Shown piece after piece: positions 16,535 through 18,905 of a stretch of DNA of 18,905 bases. The DNA comes from Vulcanimicrobiota bacterium (GTDB taxonomy: Bacteria > Vulcanimicrobiota > Vulcanimicrobiia > Vulcanimicrobiales > Vulcanimicrobiaceae), in NCBI GenBank assembly GCA_003135555.1, contig PLCF01000018.1, forward strand, positions 338 through 19,242. Reading direction: 5' to 3'. The position numbers were made by a program, and so were the translations under genes. Below the pieces are notes generated by a model. The model searched no databases. It had not been told where the DNA came from and saw only the letters and a program-made list of their open reading frames with translations. Every line of letters begins with the position of its first letter. Position 1 is the stretch's first letter.

Positions 16535-17029
16535 ATGCAGGCAGAGCACCGGAGATTCCTCGAGCAGCGCTACGACGTGGAGAGCTGGTTCGGACACAGC
16601 GAAAGCGGGGGCAATGTCAAAGCGTTCGCGTTTACGGGCTTGGAGCTTGGCGGCTGGTCGCTCGTACGCACCGAGCTCCGCGTTGCCGATCACGCTGCGG
16701 TCCACTCGATGTGGCGGCACGACGAGGCCGCTGACGCGTTGCTCGCGATCGACGTCTTCGAGTGCGCGTCCGTGCCGGCCGCACACGACCGCCTCCTCGA
16801 GATCCTCGCGACCATGCAGTCGAACGAGCTCGAGCTCCGTGTCGGCCCGGCGCCCGGCGACATCGCGTTCGGCCTGCGCGATACGATGCTGCTGTTCGCG
16901 CGCGCAAACGTCGTCGTGCACGTGCGAAACGCGGGCCGCGTCGTGGTCGACGTCGACCCGGTCGCCCGCGCGCTCGACGCGCGCCTGCGCGAGCTCGCGG
17001 CTGAGGTCGACCCGGAAGCGAAGGCGTAA
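16535..17029 (+). CDS. Hypothetical protein, 164 aa, coupled to the upstream gene
   Basis: ATG 16535 with AGGAGAAGG RBS overlapping the upstream stop; begins MQAEHRRFLEQRYDVESWFG; no family recognised. Confidence 0.75.
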   Translation: MQAEHRRFLEQRYDVESWFGHSESGGNVKAFAFTGLELGGWSLVRTELRVADHAAVHSMWRHDEAADALLAIDVFECASVPAAHDRLLEILATMQSNELELRVGPAPGDIAFGLRDTMLLFARANVVVHVRNAGRVVVDVDPVARALDARLRELAAEVDPEAKA

Positions 17030-17033
17030 CCGG

Positions 17034-17717
17034 CTAGCGCTCCTTCGACTCGTCGATGAGCAGGATCGCGCGCCGGTTGCCCGACTGCATGCGCTTGAGC
17101 GTCGCCAGCGCGGCGCCGACCGGGCTGCGCGCGTCGAGCATCTCGCTGATCGTATAGCCGAACTCTTTCTTGGCCGAATCGTCGAGCGGGCCGCGCAGCA
17201 TCCCCGGCACGGCCTGGTAGTTCTCGATCAGCGCGAAGGCCGGTCCGACCGCTTCGTGCAGTTTGCGCGGGTCGGCGGCGATGATGAACACGGTGCGATC
17301 GCCGCTCGCGTTCTCGAAGCTCGCGCCCGTCGCGATCCCACGGTCATTGCCGCCGAAGTTCGCCTCGCCGTTCTTCTCCGTGACCTTGTGCAGCCCGTGC
17401 GGCGGCGCGGCCCTCAACCGCGCGATCCAGGCGCCGAGTTGCTGCATCGACGCGCCCGTCTCGGCGATCACCTCGTGCCCGCGGAAGTTTTGCGGCAGGT
17501 CGGCGTTCGGATCGCTGGCCCTCATCGCGGCGAAGATCTGCGCCGAGCTCACCGGCACGACCGTCACGACGGTCGCCTGCGGGTAGAGCGGGAAGTCGCT
17601 GGGATTCACCGCGACGCGGGGTTGCGGCGCGCTCTCCTGGCGCGTCTCGCGACCGCACGCGCACAGCAGCGCCGCGGCGGCGACCGCGGCCCAGATCGTC
17701 GGTGCTACTCGGCTCAT
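17034..17717 (-). CDS. Hypothetical lipoprotein, 227 aa
   Basis: MSRVAPTIWAAVAAAALLCAC-G: basic N-terminus, hydrophobic core, lipobox-like LCAC; strong GC3 bias. Confidence 0.8.
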   Translation of the reverse strand: MSRVAPTIWAAVAAAALLCACGRETRQESAPQPRVAVNPSDFPLYPQATVVTVVPVSSAQIFAAMRASDPNADLPQNFRGHEVIAETGASMQQLGAWIARLRAAPPHGLHKVTEKNGEANFGGNDRGIATGASFENASGDRTVFIIAADPRKLHEAVGPAFALIENYQAVPGMLRGPLDDSAKKEFGYTISEMLDARSPVGAALATLKRMQSGNRRAILLIDESKER

Positions 17718-17727
17718 CCGCCCGCCC

Positions 17728-17751
17728 TTCGCCGCCGGCCGGCGGGTTCCC
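17728..17751 (-). promoter_or_regulatory. GGGA-N16-CGAA motif (SigH-like promoter candidate)
   Basis: Minus strand GGGA-ACCCGCCGGCCGGCGG-CGAA, 10 nt before the lipoprotein ATG. Confidence 0.4.
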
Positions 17752-17769
17752 GAGGCCGGCTACGGCGTT

Positions 17770-18549
17770 TCAGCGCGAGACGGCGGCGGGCCGTTCGTTG
17801 AAGGCGAGCACCGCTCGGATCAACGGCGCCTGGGCCTCACCCGACCAGGCCATCAACGAGCGCAGATCTTTGGGTAGGCAGCGTCCGCCGAACCCCCGCT
17901 CGGCGGTGACCAGTGTGTGGGATTCGCCGACGCGCGGATCGAGCAGAAAAACGTCGCGTACCGTGGTGAAGTCGATGCCGGCGAGGGCGGCCAGATCCGC
18001 GAATTGGTTCACGAACGCGACTTTGGTCGCCAAGAACGAGTTCTCCATGTACTTCGCCAGCTCGGCGGCGCGCGCGTCGACCTCGACATAGCGCAGCTCT
18101 CCGGCCGCGCTCGATGCGTACGCCGAGCGCACCAGCGCGCAAACCGACGGGTCGCCGGCGAGCACGACGAAACCGCAGGCGTCGGCCTCTTGCCACGGAT
18201 GTCCCGGCGCCTCGCCGATGTACTCGGGGCTGTAGCCGATCGGCTTGCCGGTCTCGCGGATGAGCGCGTCGGTCGTGCCGGGCGGCACGGTCGACTTGAT
18301 GCACAGCGGAACCGCGATGCGCTCGACGGCTTCGCGCACGCTCGAGACGTCGCAGCTGCCGGTGCGCTCGTCGAACGGCGTGGGAACCGCGACGAACGCC
18401 AGGTCGCCGGAATTGACGGCGTCCAGACAGCGCTGCGAATCCCGCTCGCCGTCGTACTTGTCGTAGCTCGTTACGCGGTGACCGCCGCGAACGAACAGGC
18501 GCTCCAGCGCCTGTCCCACCGTGCCGAATCCGACGATGCCGATGTTCAC
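17770..18549 (-). CDS. UDP-glucose/GDP-mannose dehydrogenase family protein, short form (259 aa)
   Basis: IVGFGTVG, FVAVPTP, IKSTVPPGTT, YSPEY, ELAKYMENSFLATKVAFVN, DPRVG, GFGGRCLPKD; no C-terminal domain. Confidence 0.88.
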   Translation of the reverse strand: MNIGIVGFGTVGQALERLFVRGGHRVTSYDKYDGERDSQRCLDAVNSGDLAFVAVPTPFDERTGSCDVSSVREAVERIAVPLCIKSTVPPGTTDALIRETGKPIGYSPEYIGEAPGHPWQEADACGFVVLAGDPSVCALVRSAYASSAAGELRYVEVDARAAELAKYMENSFLATKVAFVNQFADLAALAGIDFTTVRDVFLLDPRVGESHTLVTAERGFGGRCLPKDLRSLMAWSGEAQAPLIRAVLAFNERPAAVSR

Positions 18550-18567
18550 GGCGCTGCGTGTGCGATG

Positions 18568-18905
18568 TTAGGCGGCGGTCGACCCGGCTCCGACGGCGTC
18601 CTTCGCGAGCGAGGTCAGCCGCGCGAACGCCGCGGCGTCATGCACGGCCAGATCGGCGAGCGCCTTGCGGTTCACCGCTACGCCCGACTTCTTGAGCCCG
18701 GCCATGAGCCTGGAGTACGACAAACCCTCGCGGCGCGCGGCCGCGTTGATACGGGCGATCCACAGCGAACGGAAGTCGCGCTTGCGCACGCGGCGGTCGC
18801 GGAAGGCGTACGCCAGCGAGTGCAGCAGCGCTTCGTTCGCGACCCGGTAGTTGCGGCGCCGTGCGGCGCGGAAGCCCTTGACGAGCTTCATCACCTTGCG
18901 GCGGT
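18568..18905 (-). CDS. rplT: 50S ribosomal protein L20 (5' end outside the window)
   Basis: [62 protein letters not shown]. Confidence 0.97.
   Translation of the reverse strand, partial: RRKVMKLVKGFRAARRRNYRVANEALLHSLAYAFRDRRVRKRDFRSLWIARINAAARREGLSYSRLMAGLKKSGVAVNRKALADLAVHDAAAFARLTSLAKDAVGAGSTAA

Noticed and set aside
1..18905. CRISPR array, tRNA/rRNA, IS or prophage
   Set aside because: No regularly spaced repeats, RNA gene signatures, transposase, integrase or phage structural motifs were seen by eye.

Overview
Very GC-rich bacterial chromosomal segment; the gene set and style suggest Eremiobacterota (Vulcanimicrobiota) or a related lineage, which is an inference. It runs from rplT at the right edge to trmH-yqzL-pheS-pheT at the left edge, all on the minus strand. 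About 15 kb separates rplT from trmH, which are often neighbours. That interval holds a tightly coupled shikimate operon (aroA-aroE-aroC-aroK/aroB fusion-aroQ) extended by an aldo/keto reductase and a pyruvyltransferase. It also holds a plus-strand cluster (membrane protein, atypical SDR, Nudix, hypothetical, alpha/beta hydrolase), an M20D amidohydrolase, an unknown two-gene pair with a transglutaminase-like Cys-His-Asp triad, a lipoprotein and a short UDP-sugar dehydrogenase. The strongest unannotated signal is an apparent ribosome-mediated attenuator upstream of aroA: a 25-aa Tyr/Phe leader peptide, an antiterminator and a 14-bp terminator. Also notable are a REP-like repeat inserted in frame in pheS, a possible second attenuator upstream of pheS, and a recurring SigH-like GGA-N17-GAA motif. 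No rRNA, tRNA, CRISPR array or transposase was seen.
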